A stretch of DNA of 64,000 nucleotides. Origin: Microbotryum violaceum (taxonomy: Eukaryota). The position numbers and the translations under genes are program-made. This document shows positions 13,459-27,155 of this stretch, in pieces. The notes beneath the pieces are model-generated. The model ran no database searches. It saw nothing but the letters and a program-made list of their open reading frames with translations, and was not told the origin of the DNA. The number at the start of each line of letters is the position of its first letter. Position 1 is the stretch's first letter. Where the stretch lies: contig LN717261.1 of assembly GCA_001244265.2 (NCBI GenBank), positions 2,309,591 through 2,373,590 on the forward strand, in the 5' to 3' direction.

Positions 13459-16400
13459 ATGTTCAACATCAAACGTTTTGACCCCAACTCTTCCACCGTC
13501 CCGAATGGAATTCCGACCGTCTTACCTTTGGAAGAACGAGCTTTGGATGATGCCGCACTCAAGATTCAACAAAGGAAGAATAAACGAAAAGCTTTACTAG
13601 TCGAAGATGACGAAGAGGATCCCATTTTAGATCCAGTGGCTTCGACATCGAGTTTGATTTCCGCGTCGTCGTTGAGCACGAAAGGTGGTCGAGGTTTAGA
13701 ATCTAAAGGGATGGATGAGGACGGTAAGGGGGAATGGAAACCTGCACCTGGTGAATCACCTGCGGAGAGGGAAAAGAGGTTAAAGAGGGAGAAGAGGGCC
13801 GCCAAATTCGGATTCGATCCTTATGCTCGATCTCAACCTATCGAGACGAACCAAGATCCCACTTTGAATTATCAAGCACCTTCAACGACACCGATCCTAC
13901 CGATCGATACGACGGCTATTACGGGTGAGTGGAAACCTGCTCCTGGGGAGTCACCAGCGGAGAAGGAGAACAGGATCAAGAGGGAGAAACGAGCGGCCAA
14001 ATTGGGATTACCGAACCCTTCCTTGGGCGAATCGAATTCGAGTCATTTGGGTCAATCGATCAACTCGCATTTCGTGCCACCTCCTTCTTCGTCGGCGTTT
14101 CCAAAGTCGTATCATACAGAAGAAGGAGCGCCGCAAACAGAACGAGCAGGTCTCTCGGCCATTCATCCTGATCGATTGGCCGCACCAGCACTAGCGAGGG
14201 AGCTCAAGGTGAAACAACCGCAGGCGACGACACCTGCCAGGTTGAGGTATTTGAAGAAGAAAAAGTTGAGGGCAAAGGGGAGGAAGAGGAGGATGGCTTC
14301 CGGTGCGAGCAAGAAGGATGGTTCGGCATCGACGGTGTGGGGAACTAGTGTCGCGGGGACTGAGGTGGGGAGTGATGAGGAGGAGGGGGAGGAAGACGTA
14401 AAGGAGGATGGAAAGACGATGGAGAGGAAGATGGAAAAGGATGAGGAGAAGCTGAGGATCATCGCGGAGAAGAAGGCCGAACGTAAAGCCAAGAGGGACG
14501 CGAAAAAGGCCGAGATTCGAAAACTCAAAGCAGAGGGAGGGGTCGTCCCGCCTACGAAACCAAGGGTCATTACTGCGAAACCCAGCTTACCGATGGCTTC
14601 CCCTGTCAAGACGGGTTCGGTCACGCTCAACGCTGTCCCCGAGGTCGTCGAGGACAAGTCTGCTGAGCCGACAGAGGAGGAGCTTGAGAAGCGCAAAGAA
14701 AAAGAGGCACGCTTGACGCGCAAGGAGGCGAAACGACAAAAACGAGCGACGCGACACGCCGTCGAAGAACCCACGCAAGGCGAGGATGTTGAACTCGAAG
14801 GACCACCGACATTGATCCCTACGGCTCATAAGGTGGAACTAGATGTCCCGATCACGGTCTCGGATAAACCCATCCCGATGGAAGCGGATCCGGTACCTCA
14901 ACGAGCGGTGGAAGAGGAACCGAGCCCTTTGTTGAGGTTACCGAGCGCGACGCGACCTGCACCACCGAGCAAGAAGACGTTGAGCGAGCTCAACGTGCAC
15001 GAGAGTGTGAGGAGCAAGAGGATTGTCGATCCGGATAGGAAGGTCAGGTTCGATGATGAGACGCTGGGGTTGGCGGAGAGGGGGAGGAAGAGGTTGGCGG
15101 AGATGGGGTTAACAGAGGCTTTTGCCGGTGAGTCTTCTAAGAGTAGTAGTCGAAGGTGAGCGGTACAGCTGCTGACGAGATTTTCTTGATTTGTTTAAAA
15201 GTGCAAACTGAGGTGCTGCCGCTACTCTTGCCACCTGGGGAACCCAACTCGCTGTACTCGCCTTTCCGACCCCCGCGAGACGTGTGTGTCTCGGCTCCGA
15301 CAGGTAGCGGAAAGACGCTGAGCTACGTCATTCCCATCGTCGAGGTAAGCTTGTCCCCTTCGTACGTTAGGTAACGCGCACTCATTCCTTTTCGCCCCTT
15401 CCGCTTAGACCCTCGCACCCCGCATCGTCACATGCCTACGCGCTCTCATCGTCTTGCCCACCCGAGACCTCGTAGGCCAAGTGCGAGAAACTTTCGAAGC
15501 GTTTAGCAAAGGCTTGGGACTCAAGATTGGCACCGCCACGGGCCAACACTCTTTCACGCACGAGCAAACCTCGCTCGTAGGCGAGAACGTTTCGACGATT
15601 CCTTCGCAAGGTGGTTCGAGTTCGGTCGACATCTTGATCGTCACTCCCGGTCGATTGATGGATCATCTCAGGTCCACACCGGGGTTCTCGTTGCAGCATT
15701 TGAGGTACCTCGTTGTCGACGAGGCGGATCGGTTGCTTACGCAGTCTTTCAATGAGTGGTTACCTGCGGTGTTGGCGGCCTTGCACCCTACTCCATCGAC
15801 GACAAGAACTTCTATTGAGCGCTGTCCTCGCTCGGACCGAGCAGCCGACGTTCAAGCGCCAGCATGGTGGGATGCCGAAACCGGACGCACCTCTTCAGAA
15901 CTCGACGTTCGCTCCGTCTCCTCATGTCAAAAACTCCTCTTCTCCGCGACCCTCTCCCGCGATCCAGCCAAGATCGACTCTCTCCAACTCCATCGACCGC
16001 TCTACATTTCCGTCGAAGACGCTCTCGACCCTCACGCCGAAGACGAAGCGATCGATCAAGAATTGAAATTCACCTTTCCCGCTTCGTTGAAGGAACAAAT
16101 GATCATTTCACCCTCGACGCATAAGCCGTTGTATTTATTGCACTTGTTGCATGGGATCAAGGTCGAGGTGGCGTTGTGTTTCACCAAATCGGTCGAGGCG
16201 GCGAATAGGTTGGCCAAATTGGTCGAGTTCTTTGAACAGGCTAGGAAGAGCAGGGGTATTGGAGAAGAGGAGGGTGAGGAGAAGTTACCAGTCGTAAAAC
16301 CTTATTCGAGTGATTTGGCACCGGTTGAAAGGATGAAGTTGTTAACGGCCTTCAAGAAGGGCGATATTCAAATGTAAGCTTTCCCATATCTCCCCCTTCC

Positions 16401-16787
16401 CCACGCTTTTTACGTTGACCTAAACGAGTCGGACCTCTCCCTAGGCTCATCTGTTCCGACCTAATCTCCCGCGGTATCGACCTCCCTCACGTCAACCACG
16501 TCATTTCGTACGACATCCCCGCCGACATGCGTAAATACGTCCATCGAGTAGGTCGTACCGCTCGAGCCGGTAAAGCAGGTAACGCTTGGTCCTTGATCGA
16601 AGATCCCGAAGTCGCGCCCTTCAAAGCGATCATGAAAGCGGCGCAACATTGGGAACGAATCAAGAGGGTCAGGCTTAAGGATTCGGATGTGGAACACTTC
16701 GTAGAGGATTATCAGGTCGCTTTGGAGAAACTCAAGAGATATTTTGCGACGGGTCAGGCGGCGCGAAAGGAGGTTGTGGGGGTTTGA
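13459..16787 (+). CDS. DBP6: DEAD-box RNA helicase Dbp6/DDX51 (60S biogenesis) with a long low-complexity N-terminus
   Basis: Motifs FAVQ, RDVCVSAPTGSGKT, LPTRDL, TPGRL, DEADRLL, LFSATL, SRGID and YVHRVGRTARAG; three introns. Confidence 0.92.
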
Positions 16788-17067
16788 AGTACGATAAGAT
16801 TTTTATTTATAGAATGCAATATGTAACATAGGGGGAAAGTGCGTTCGACTAAAGTGTATGTGAAGAAAGATGCACACTAAGAAGCGAACGGACAGGATAA
16901 GAACGAAAGTGCTATGCGAGAGGAAAAGGGGTAACTGTAGCTGAAATTTAGAACGAACGACGAAATGGAAGAGGTCGAATTAAAGGGGAACCCAAGACGA
17001 AAAACAGATGCTAATTCAAGAACCCAAGAAAACACGGATAAGAGGGAAAAGGGGATTGGTGCCATGC

Positions 17068-20000
17068 CTAGGTCTCGAAGAAAGCCTCCGAATCGGCCGT
17101 CTTGAACGAAGTAGCGGTCTCGGCGATCGAATAATCCGAGGCACTACTGGGTAGAGACGCAGGTGGGTGATCGAACGAGTGGGAGTCCTGCTCAACTTCT
17201 TCGACAGTGGTCGCTTCGACGGTCGTGGCTGGAATGAGCTGGAAGATCGACGAGCCGGGTTCGACGTCCAATGAGGGTTCTTTGTGGCCTGCGAAAAGAG
17301 GCGGCTTGGCACGAGGGGTGCCGTTGAAATCGGCGATGAAGGGGTCGTTCCCTTTGATGGGTGTAGGAGGAGCGACATTCACGACTTCACCAAAGTTAAG
17401 CTGAGGAGGATGATGGTCAAAGACGGCTGTCGAATCCGGCGTAGGGTCCGTTGCGAGAAGTGGAGTCGAGCATTCCTCCTCGAGCACCGGCGAAGGGGAT
17501 GGAAGTGGGGAAGGGAGTTGGTCGAGCGTATTTGGGGCTTTGACGGCAAGGTGTTGAAATTCCTGAGGTTGGGGAGAGGCACTGACACCACTCGCGACGG
17601 CGACGGCTGCGGCATCCCCAGCGACGGTGGCGATGCTCGCTCCTTCGGCCAGGGTCGCGATCTTGGAAGGCAGCTTCAACGACCTACGCGCCAGAGTGGG
17701 CGACTCGGGCGAAGAGCTTAGAGGCGGTGCCATCCCACCACTCTCACTCCTCGTCATACTCGGGAAACTCCCGCTAAACGAACGACGAATGGGCGATTCG
17801 ACACTCGCCTCCGCCTTGGCCCTCTCGGCCTCAAGTTCTAAAACCCTCGCACGAACGGACGACACAGGCGTAGGCACCTTGGTCTCCTTGTTCCTGTTCG
17901 AGTTGCTTAGCTTCTCGTCATCCTTGAGTTGACGTAATTCACGTTGGGTCTTCTTCTCTTCCTCTTTTTCGAGCTTGGCTTGTGCTTTCTCCGCTGAGGT
18001 CTTGCGACGTAAGATGTCGCTCATCCCGCCGAGGAAACGCTTCGAGGTCGTCGAACCGGGGGATGACTCCTTGGAGGGGGAGGCCCCAATGGTAGAGCTC
18101 GAAGTTTGAGACAGCGTACGAGCGCGCATCACCTCGGAACTGAGGACGCTGAGCGAGTCGCCCCCGCCGGAGGGAATCGAAGAGTCTACTCCAGCTGAAT
18201 CATCAACCCAAGCGAATACAAGCGGATCAGTTTAGTGGGTGCTGAAGCATCTTGACTTGCCGACGCGTGGACTTACCTTCTTCTGCAACCATTTCGGACT
18301 GCTCGTTCCCCACAGGTTCTTCCGCTGGAAGTGCGACCGAAGACACAAGTGATGTAGTTGCTTCCGTTTTCGAGACAGTCTCAACCTTTTGATCGTTCAA
18401 CGCAGCCACGTCGATACCTTCCACCGAAGCAGGACGAGCAATACCGATCTCTTGTCCCGTATGATCACCGTGAGCAGGGCCGAAACTTTCATTATGAACC
18501 GCGGAGAGGCACAATCCCGATTGAGGGTTCGGTTTCCCTTGACGATTGCCGATCTGACCACCTGGTAGATCGTCATGAGGGGGGTTGCTGCGTTGGTGAG
18601 GAACAAGAGCTTCAAGGTCCTCGACGCTTTGAGAATGCGGTACCTCGATCTGACTAGCCGAATGATCGCCACGAGTGCCTTTCAAGCCGTTATGAGGTCC
18701 GACCCCTTCTTCAGCGCGGAAAGCCGGTACGACGGGGTTGTCGTCGCTGGGTGTATCGCCAAGTTTCTTGGGGTGCTCGAGAATTGAATCGTCGGCGGTG
18801 CTGGGTGGGAGAACGGCGGTCGTATCTTCTGAGATGGCTGGGAGAGCCTGTTCTGCGATGTGAGCCGATTCGACTACCTCCGCTTCAGGTTGTAGCTCAG
18901 AAGTCACCTCGACTGTGGCGCGATCTTCTGCAACTTCGGGTGCTTCGTCAACGACAATAGTAGGCGCAGGAGTAAGTACGGGTGGTACCGCCTCAGCCTC
19001 AAGGATGGGTTCGACTTGGGTATCAGTAAAGGTAAGTTCCTCATTGGTTGGAGGAGTTGGTTCCACAATGTCTTTGACAGGGACATCGGTCGCCTCGGGA
19101 ACTTGTCGAAATTGAACCTCCTCCGTCACGGTCGTTTCAAGGTCAACTGATTTTATCGAAATTTGCGCCGGCTCTTCTTTCGGACTCGTACGAACCACCG
19201 CCGCTGTCGTCGTCGTTGCGCCAGACGCTAGCATCGCTGCCGCCTTCAAATCGACCGAGTTACCCCTCGCTTGCTCCACGATCGTTTCCGGCTGAGCCGA
19301 CGTCATCGATTTCTTCCCCATAGTGATTCTCGATTGTCTCGATGAGCTCACAGGAGAAGGCGCCGTAGGAGTAGAATGTCCACTCGTCGATCCACCATCC
19401 TTCCCTATTCCAGATCCAAATCCAGATCCAGATCCGGAGAATAGTTGACTTGCCCTTCTCCACCTTTTCGAAAGTGTAGATTCAGCGACGGACACGGACC
19501 TAGTCATACCTTTAATCGAAGCGGAGGATGAAAAACTAGTCGTTCTTGAGAGCGGTCGAAGTTCGATCAATTTTTCGGTGATGAGAACATGGTCGATCTT
19601 GGTTTCAAGGGAGCTGACGAGGTCCGTTTGAAGTTCGGCGATGAGGAAACTGGGCCAGGAGGAGCAGATCCCTGGGTCGGAGAGGGTCTCGAGCCATACG
19701 TCGGCAAAGTCATCTTCGATTTGGGTGAGCGACAAATTCAATAAAGATCGAATGGGCTTGGTGGACGAAGAATGGCCAGGAGAGGGCGAAGAAGGCTTAA
19801 GCGGCGTGCGTTGCCCCATTGACGATCGACTGTCCTGGGACTTGCCACCCGTCGTCTTGGCGCGTAGACCATCGCCGATGGCTTCACTCAGATCAACCAA
19901 CCCAAACTCGTTCGCAGGGACGGTATCGCTGAACCCGGTGGAAGCGAACTCGCTCCAGTTCGGAGTAACGATGCGTGAAGCTTGTTGAGGGGCCGTTGAA

Positions 20001-21950
20001 GGGCTGTTTGAGAAGCGGTTCGGAGCTCCGGAGAGTTGGGAGGGCGATAAATGGGTGACGGATCGATTGGGGTAACTACCGGTGACGGGGGTCGTGAGGT
20101 TCGCGAAATCCAATCGAGGTAATGGAGAAACGGATTCGAAGCCGTGCGAATAGGAGCGTTGACGACCATGCTGAGGGCGTGCGTCATCGGACAAAGGAAG
20201 CGTCGACCACGTAGACGATCCACGATCGAGCCCCATCAAACCGAGCACTCGCCTCGTTTCGTCCGACAAGATCGCGATCGGTTCGCCGTCATTTTTCGCC
20301 TCTTCGATGATCATCTTCCACACGTCTTTGGTGCCTTGCTCGACATCATCCAATTTTGAATCATGAGTGGCCTCGAAGGCGTCCACGAGAACATCGACCG
20401 GATCCCTCCTCTTGATCCCACCTGTCGACAAAGCCTGTCCCGCACCTGCACTACCACCTGTACCCAAAGCGACGACGAGGCCGGTCCTCTGATCATTAAA
20501 TTCAACAGTCATGACCCTACTCCACACCTCCGCCTTCACCTCGATCTCCACCTTGATGACCGACTTGAGTTGACTCTTGACGACCCTAGGAGGAGGTGAA
20601 GGGTACGCCTCGACCAATTCTCTTAACCTCTCCGGAAGGTCCGGTTGTGAACGAACGTAGGCTCTCAAACATCCCTCGAGGGCGTTACCGGCGTTTTGCC
20701 AGGTGGTGTAGAGTTCGCACCAATCGGACCAGGCTTTACCACGGGGCGCTAGACCGAAGAGATAGATGCCGAGTTGGCGAGAGAGACGATGCGCGGACAT
20801 GGCGTTGAGTTCGGTAAAGGCCGCTACGGCTTGCATGACTTCGAGGAGCGCGGTGAGCAGATCTTGTGAGGACGAAGGGAGCGAAGGTAGTAAGAGCGTC
20901 GAGAATGCCGCTGTAGGATGTTTTGCGGCTTCGGATGCGAGCATAAAGTTGTCGTACCAGGCGAGAGGTTGGGGTGAGGGTTTGCCCGCGAACGAAGTCG
21001 AATAAACGAGGTGGCGAAGACCCTATCGTCACAAGTAAGGAGTCATCAGTTTTATCGATCGTGCCGCGTGGGCTGCTTTTTTGTTTAATATGCACCCATT
21101 TCAACACGCCGACCACGTCATGCACATTCGCATACTTGATCTCTTCCTTGAACGCGTCCAGTTTGGCCCCTTTACTCTTCCCTCCACCGACCCTGAACAG
21201 ATCATTCGCGTTCCTAGGTTGATCCGCAGCTCGATGAACCGAAGATCGATCCAATGCGAAAGCGTAAAACAACAAAGCCAATCGATCCATCTTGAGCCTC
21301 GATTCACCAATGCGATAAGGTCTGAACAGGCCCAATGTAGTCAAGCCTCGTTCACGAATGACGACACCGCATTCCTTGAGGAGGACGATCACGTCTTCGA
21401 CGCTCAACCTGGCTCGACGAAGTCTCTTCTGGTCGTCGACGTTCAGTGCGAAATCTCGTTGTTGAAGATCGGAATGGGAATCATGTTCGGTCGAGGTCGC
21501 GCGTTCGGAAGCATTCTCGTCACTGTCGTCGAGTTTGACCCAGGGTGTCGTCTCGGTACTACTTCGTATCCCGGCTGCACTCGTCGAGATCCTAGGCGAC
21601 AATGGACAGGTAGGCAGCCCCGTCGCTAACGCGGCTTGATGGATCGTCGTCCCATCATCCTCGAGCAAGTTGACCGATGGCAAGTCGAGAGGAGGAAGCG
21701 GATTCGCCGAAGCCAGACTAGGCGAACCAGGAACCGTTGCTGTGGTCGCCTGAGCCGGTATTTGGTGTCGGGTACTCGCTCTAGGTAAGCGAATGAAACT
21801 CTTGCTACTCGAAGGCGAGGTCAAGGGCATCGAATTGGTGCGGATCGATTTGGTCGGGGAGCTGGAAGGCGTCTTGCGACCACCGTCTTTGTCACCGGAG
21901 CCATTATTGGAGGGACCGGCACCTGTGAGCCGAGCGAGGAACGAGACCAT
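17068..21950 (-). CDS. Msb1/Mug8-like (DUF1708, RhoGAP-like fold) polarity protein with a long disordered C-terminus
   Basis: CGVVIRERGLTTLGLFRPYR...VHDVVGVLKW then LTALLEVMQAVAA...NAMSAHRL; ORFs joined by GT-AG introns near 21.0-21.1 kb and 18.2-18.3 kb. Confidence 0.7.
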
Positions 21951-22908
21951 CCAACTATCGGTTGTCGTCTCGATCTATGAGAGGCACGGTGTATGCTGAG
22001 GAAGATGACGTGAGGGGGGAAGACTGGGGTCAGCTCTTGAAAGTAAAGTGAGCGGCGTGTCGACGTGGTTTGGCTGAGCTGAACTGGGCGCTGAGCAGGG
22101 GTCTCCTCTCGAGCCGTCAAAGCAGGGGCCTCCTCCGCAACTGGAAGTAGTGCCCACGTCGAACAGCCTGAGTCCCGGTGAGCGATACAAGATGCTGAGA
22201 CCCGTCGCAGCGTGTAAGGTCCTACTATCCTGGGGTGGGGGTCTCGGGATGTGGCCCATGACGACGACGACGACGACGACGTGGTGGTGGTGGGGTGGGG
22301 GCTCGCCCGCACTTGCAAGGTCGAATGTGTACACCGTAACCACAGCACCTTTCTCCCTACAGCCCATGACCACCCAACACGACCAGCCCATAGAACCACA
22401 CCCCGCACCCAATCAACACCGCACAACCTCTCATCTTCCCCCTCCACTCCATTCCTTCACGACCCACTGCAGCCCCGCCCACAAGTCCGAGAGGCACGTG
22501 AGAAGCCTCCGCTTACACCGAGATTGACCAAACTCAACGCACACGCGGGACCTTATTGTCATCCTTACGCACCCTTGGAGAACAAAAGCTGATGAACCAC
22601 TCACCCTTCTCGATACAATCGAAATACACCCGATCCGAAAGAATCCCAAGGGCCTTTTTTTTTTCCGGAACCCCAAAGTTCGTCAGACCCTTTCGCGAAA
22701 GATGAGGTTTCGAGTCGGGTCAAACGAATGGTCTTGAGCCGAAAGGGGAGCGCGCTTCGTGGTCGCGCTAAAACTGAAAAGGGGAACAGGGCTCGTGCGC
22801 GAAAGCGTTCAACATCTTGATGTCCTTTGGAAGAAAAAAGTGGATAACAGTTCAAAAAGGAAACTACAAAAGCTAAATAATAAAACAAATATGCTTGGAT
22901 CTACTGGT

Positions 22909-25278
22909 CTACGGATCTTGAATAAACCCCTCTAATAAAAACCTCGACCTAACTCCGACCCGCTGAAGATGATCGCCAAGTTTGCTGAACCCCTTCCTCC
23001 AATCATTCCGACCACCACCACCACCACCACCACCACTAGCCAATCCCATCGATCCCGGTAGATGAGCCAATAAATACTGCGTTCCCCCTAGAGTCAAACT
23101 CAATTTCCGACTCGCTTGTTTGAGCGTTTTGGTGGGGGAATGGCCTAGACTTCCGAATCGACTTGTGCTCGTGAGCGAAGAAGGGTCTATGATGGAGGGT
23201 ACTTCGAGGGATATAGGATGGGGAAAGTCGAACAGCGTGGAGGGGGTGTGGGTTTGTGTTGCGTAAGAGGTGTCCGGGTAGGTCGAGTGGGATTTGCCTT
23301 CCTCAGAGTGGTTCTCTTCGGAGGGTGCATCACCGGTCAAGAGGTAAACGCCTGGCACAAAGCCAGACATTGAAGGACCGCTTAGCTTCTCTTCATCGCC
23401 TTTTTATCCACGCGATAACTCACCTGCACCACAAATCACACACCCAAAGATAAAGTTGAAGAAGGAAGAGAGGTCGACGTCGTCGAATTCTCGATAGAGC
23501 ACCGCCGAGCCAACTGGTACCAGATACGATGATATGAATACTCAGTGAAGCGCTCCCGCCACGCTGAGAGGGATGAGAAACCTACCGATAGTCGACAAAG
23601 CGAACGAGGTGAATTGGACAGGGATCACGACCCTCGAGTCGAACCTACGAGCGCACGAAAAGCTTGCTGATCAGCGATAACCTTTCTAGGGAAAAAGTTG
23701 TGGCAAAGCGTACCTCTGCAAGGCCTTGTTGATAAAGTTGATCTGCAACATCGCCGAACCAGCCAAGACGAGGAGAAGGGGATAGGTGACCCAATATTCG
23801 AACGTTTGCAGAAAGAGGATGTTGAGGAACGACGAGATCGCTTTCGTCGACAAGACGGTAAAGGCACCCTAGAGGAATAATCAGAATTTCAGCCCTAGAC
23901 CCAGTGAGCTGGGATGGAAATTTTGGAGAAAGTCCTTACAGACAGAGCACAAATCCCCAGATCGATGATGACGTATCGATCGCCGTATTTTGATCTGGAC
24001 AGACAGACAAGCACAGCGATCGCGGCGATGGAGGCGATCGAGTAGGCGAGGAAGAGAGGCGTCGAGATCGCAGCGACCATCTCGGGCGGGTAGAGCTTTA
24101 AAGGGGTGGGGGTTCGGATTTCAGCGGGAGCTTCAAGTCGAATCGGTCGAGGATCTGCAGCTCACAAGTTTATCCTGGGCCTTGGAGGCCCATACGATCG
24201 TGACGGCGCCCATGGCCGCTAGCGCGCAACCAAAGAGGTCAAGTTTTCGAAAGGGCTGCGAAGATTTCGCTGGTGGCCCGATCAGGGAAGACCTGACATC
24301 AAGTGGTCCAAAGGAGAGGAACGGACCTCTCCACAAATCAACGGTGCCAGACCAACGTTTGCTACCAGAGCCACCGAGCCCAACTGTGTGCGTCTACCAG
24401 CCACTCGATCAGCCCCAAGACGTCCCCATTTGAAGATGGAAGAATTGGCCGGGGGTTACGCACCGGAGCCACCAACGAGGCGGGGGCGAACGAATAACTC
24501 AAAAAGTTGCCAAACTCGCCCAGGGCCAATAAGGAAAAGCCGAGGAGCCATAGGGGTGATTTGATGAACTCCTTGTCCGTACGAGGTTGGTGAACGGAGT
24601 CGGGGCGGTGATCCTCGTCGGGGTCCGGCTGCTCGGCGTGGTTGGATCGAGTTTGGCTCACGGTACCATAGCTTTGAGACCGATTGCCGTTAAAATAGAT
24701 GGTCCGGGACGAGTGTTTGCAGAGTTTTTTGGTCGGTCTCTTAGGTGGACCTGCGGCTAGGGAGGGGGAAGCTTGATCGGGTCTAGGCAAGAGGTGAAGG
24801 TTCGGAGGCACGTCGCTGATCTCGGGATCGGAGATGGACCGCTCGAGTTGGGTCGGTGGGAGTAGCTCGGAAAGCAAGTGGGTGTGCTCGCCGATGGTGT
24901 TGGAGGTTGAAATTGTTTGTTGGTGGTCCTGGTCGGGTTTGTTGGGGGGAGAGGGGGGAGAGGAAGGTTCAGAGTGGTTTGAATGACCACGTTCGAGTCG
25001 GGTATGAGCCAGTCTGCGAGGTGGAATCCAGGTCAGTGAGCAGCACATCGGATTTAAGAGTTTCTGAACTGGCTCACTTTTGAACATTCAACGCCAGCGA
25101 AACACATGTATTCCCTGCGCGACGACCCCACACGAATCAGCTATTCGCTGTCCCAAGTACGGTCGGAGATGTATGTGTAGTACTGACCCGCAACACAGAT
25201 CGCGACACCAATCAAGGTGGACGTCCCTTGGGAGACCGTCCCTTCTCTCCAAGCGAGCACGAACGCAGCTTGCAACAT
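22909..25278 (-). CDS. NIPA-family magnesium transporter (DUF803)
   Basis: IGVAICVAGNTCVSLALNVQK; KSPLWLLGFSLLALGEFGNFLSYSFAPASLVAP; YVIIDLGICAL; many short introns. Confidence 0.88.
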
Positions 25279-25517
25279 CGGCCTCGACGGGTGAGCGACC
25301 TGTGAGGACACATCGGAGCGAAACTGCGTTCGGTGTCACGTCGATCGGCGTCCCCAAGCGGCGCGTGGGACTAATCCGCAATTACTCTCTCAACTACTCG
25401 GCGCAGTTGCTGTTAGTACAAATCCTAATCGCGCATGATCAAAGTGGTAGCTTCACTCGGCACCGGACACTACTCGACTCATTCGACAAAGAGTGTTCTT
25501 CGAGGCCAGAAAACACC

Positions 25518-26880
25518 ATGGCCGCCGCTGCAACACCTTCCACATCAGCTAGTGAATCCAATTTCCGTCAAGGATTATCAGGATGTAAGTCCCCTCCCTT
25601 TGTATCGTCTACCGTCCGAGCCCCTCTACATCACACACTGACAACGCTCTCCTTCCCCCCTGCTCGCGTTCAGTCGCTTGGGCACGACCAGGTGCAGTCA
25701 TCGACGACTCGCAAAACTCGACCGCGCCGACCAACTTTTTCACAAGATGGACTTCCTCCATTTCCGGTGCCATTCCCGTCCGATCGGGCGAACGCACGAA
25801 CGAGGAAGAGGCGTCAGTGAACCCCACTCATCGCCTGATCCAAGTGTCAGCTTGCGACGAACGAGCTAACGACGTTCCCAAACAGCTACTTTGCCTTGTC
25901 GAGATGGGAGCGCTTCTTGGCTTTCTTGCTCTGCACGGGAGGAGCGGCGTTGTGCTTCTTCATCGCGTTCTTTATCGGCTTGCCCTTGCTCGCTTTGAAA
26001 CCGAGGAAATTCGCCGTCAGTTTTTTGAACTCTTTGAACTGCCGAGTTCCTGTCGAGCTTGAGCGCGAGCACATACTCGCCGAATCTTATACCGATCTTA
26101 TACCGATCTTACACCTCCAGGTCTCGTTCTCCTTGGGCAGTGCAAGTCCAACCGTCGAAAGCTGGGCTCGAGCCGAGCCTTGAATCTCCGAGCTGAGCTG
26201 ACCTCTAACCCCCTCCTCCCCTCCTCCCCTCCTCCCCTCCTCTCGACCAAAAACAGATCCTCTTTATGGTCGGGTAAGCTCCACTCTCTACTACATCACG
26301 CCGTGCCAAAAAGACTCACCCCATTGGGATTCGCACCTACCCTAGCTTCGCGATCCTACAAGGCCCTTTGGCGCACCTCATACACATTTGCACCGCCGAA
26401 CGACTCCCCTTCACAGGAGCCTATTTCGGTTCCTTGTTCTTGACTCTATATTTCGCCATAGGAGTTAGTCCAAACACCTCTTGGGGGAGACAAGTAATTC
26501 AAACCTTCGTTTGACTGAATCTTGTGCTCGACTCCGTACCGCCCCAATAGAGACAAGCCTATCTCCCGACCCTAATTTTCGCGATCGTGCAATGCGTCGC
26601 CCTCGTTTCTTACTTTATCGCTTATTTCCCGTACGGCCCCCCCCCCCCGAAGCCCGAAAATTCTTAAAAAAATGGTCTACTACTTTCTTTCAAGTGCATT
26701 ATTCGAAGGCTGAAGTTTGCTTTTTGGCGTGAACAGGGGAGGGATGCAAACACTACAATTCGGTTCGAGGATGGCGTTAAGAGGGGCCGGCTCGGTCAGT
26801 TTGCTTGCCCATCCATACTTACCCGAGGCGAGATTTGACTTTCTTTTTCTTTTTCGGAGTGTTAGTTGTTACCCGTATGA
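25518..26880 (+). CDS. SFT2: Got1/Sft2-family vesicle transport membrane protein
   Basis: LSRWER...[13 protein letters not shown]...GPLAHL...ERLPFT...YFPGG rebuilt from about 9 exons; includes GC-AG intron 26142-26256. Confidence 0.9.
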
Positions 26881-27155
26881 AAAAGATGGGATACGCCAGA
26901 GTCAAAGAGAGAGAGGTCTCAATTCGGGATCCGCGAGGTAATGAGAGTTGCTCTCAGGAATCATGGTAGGGCTAGGGTTCGATTGGGTGTACATCCTCTT
27001 TTTCGACCCTTTTTTTTTTTTTTTTCCTCCAAATCTTGTACAAAGAATATAATCGAACCCCACACACACACCCTTACCTAAGCCCAGCTCGGTTTCGTTG
27101 GAGAAGAAACTCGGGCCCATTAAGGAGGTAAGAACCCCGCCTTCGGGGAAGCTTA

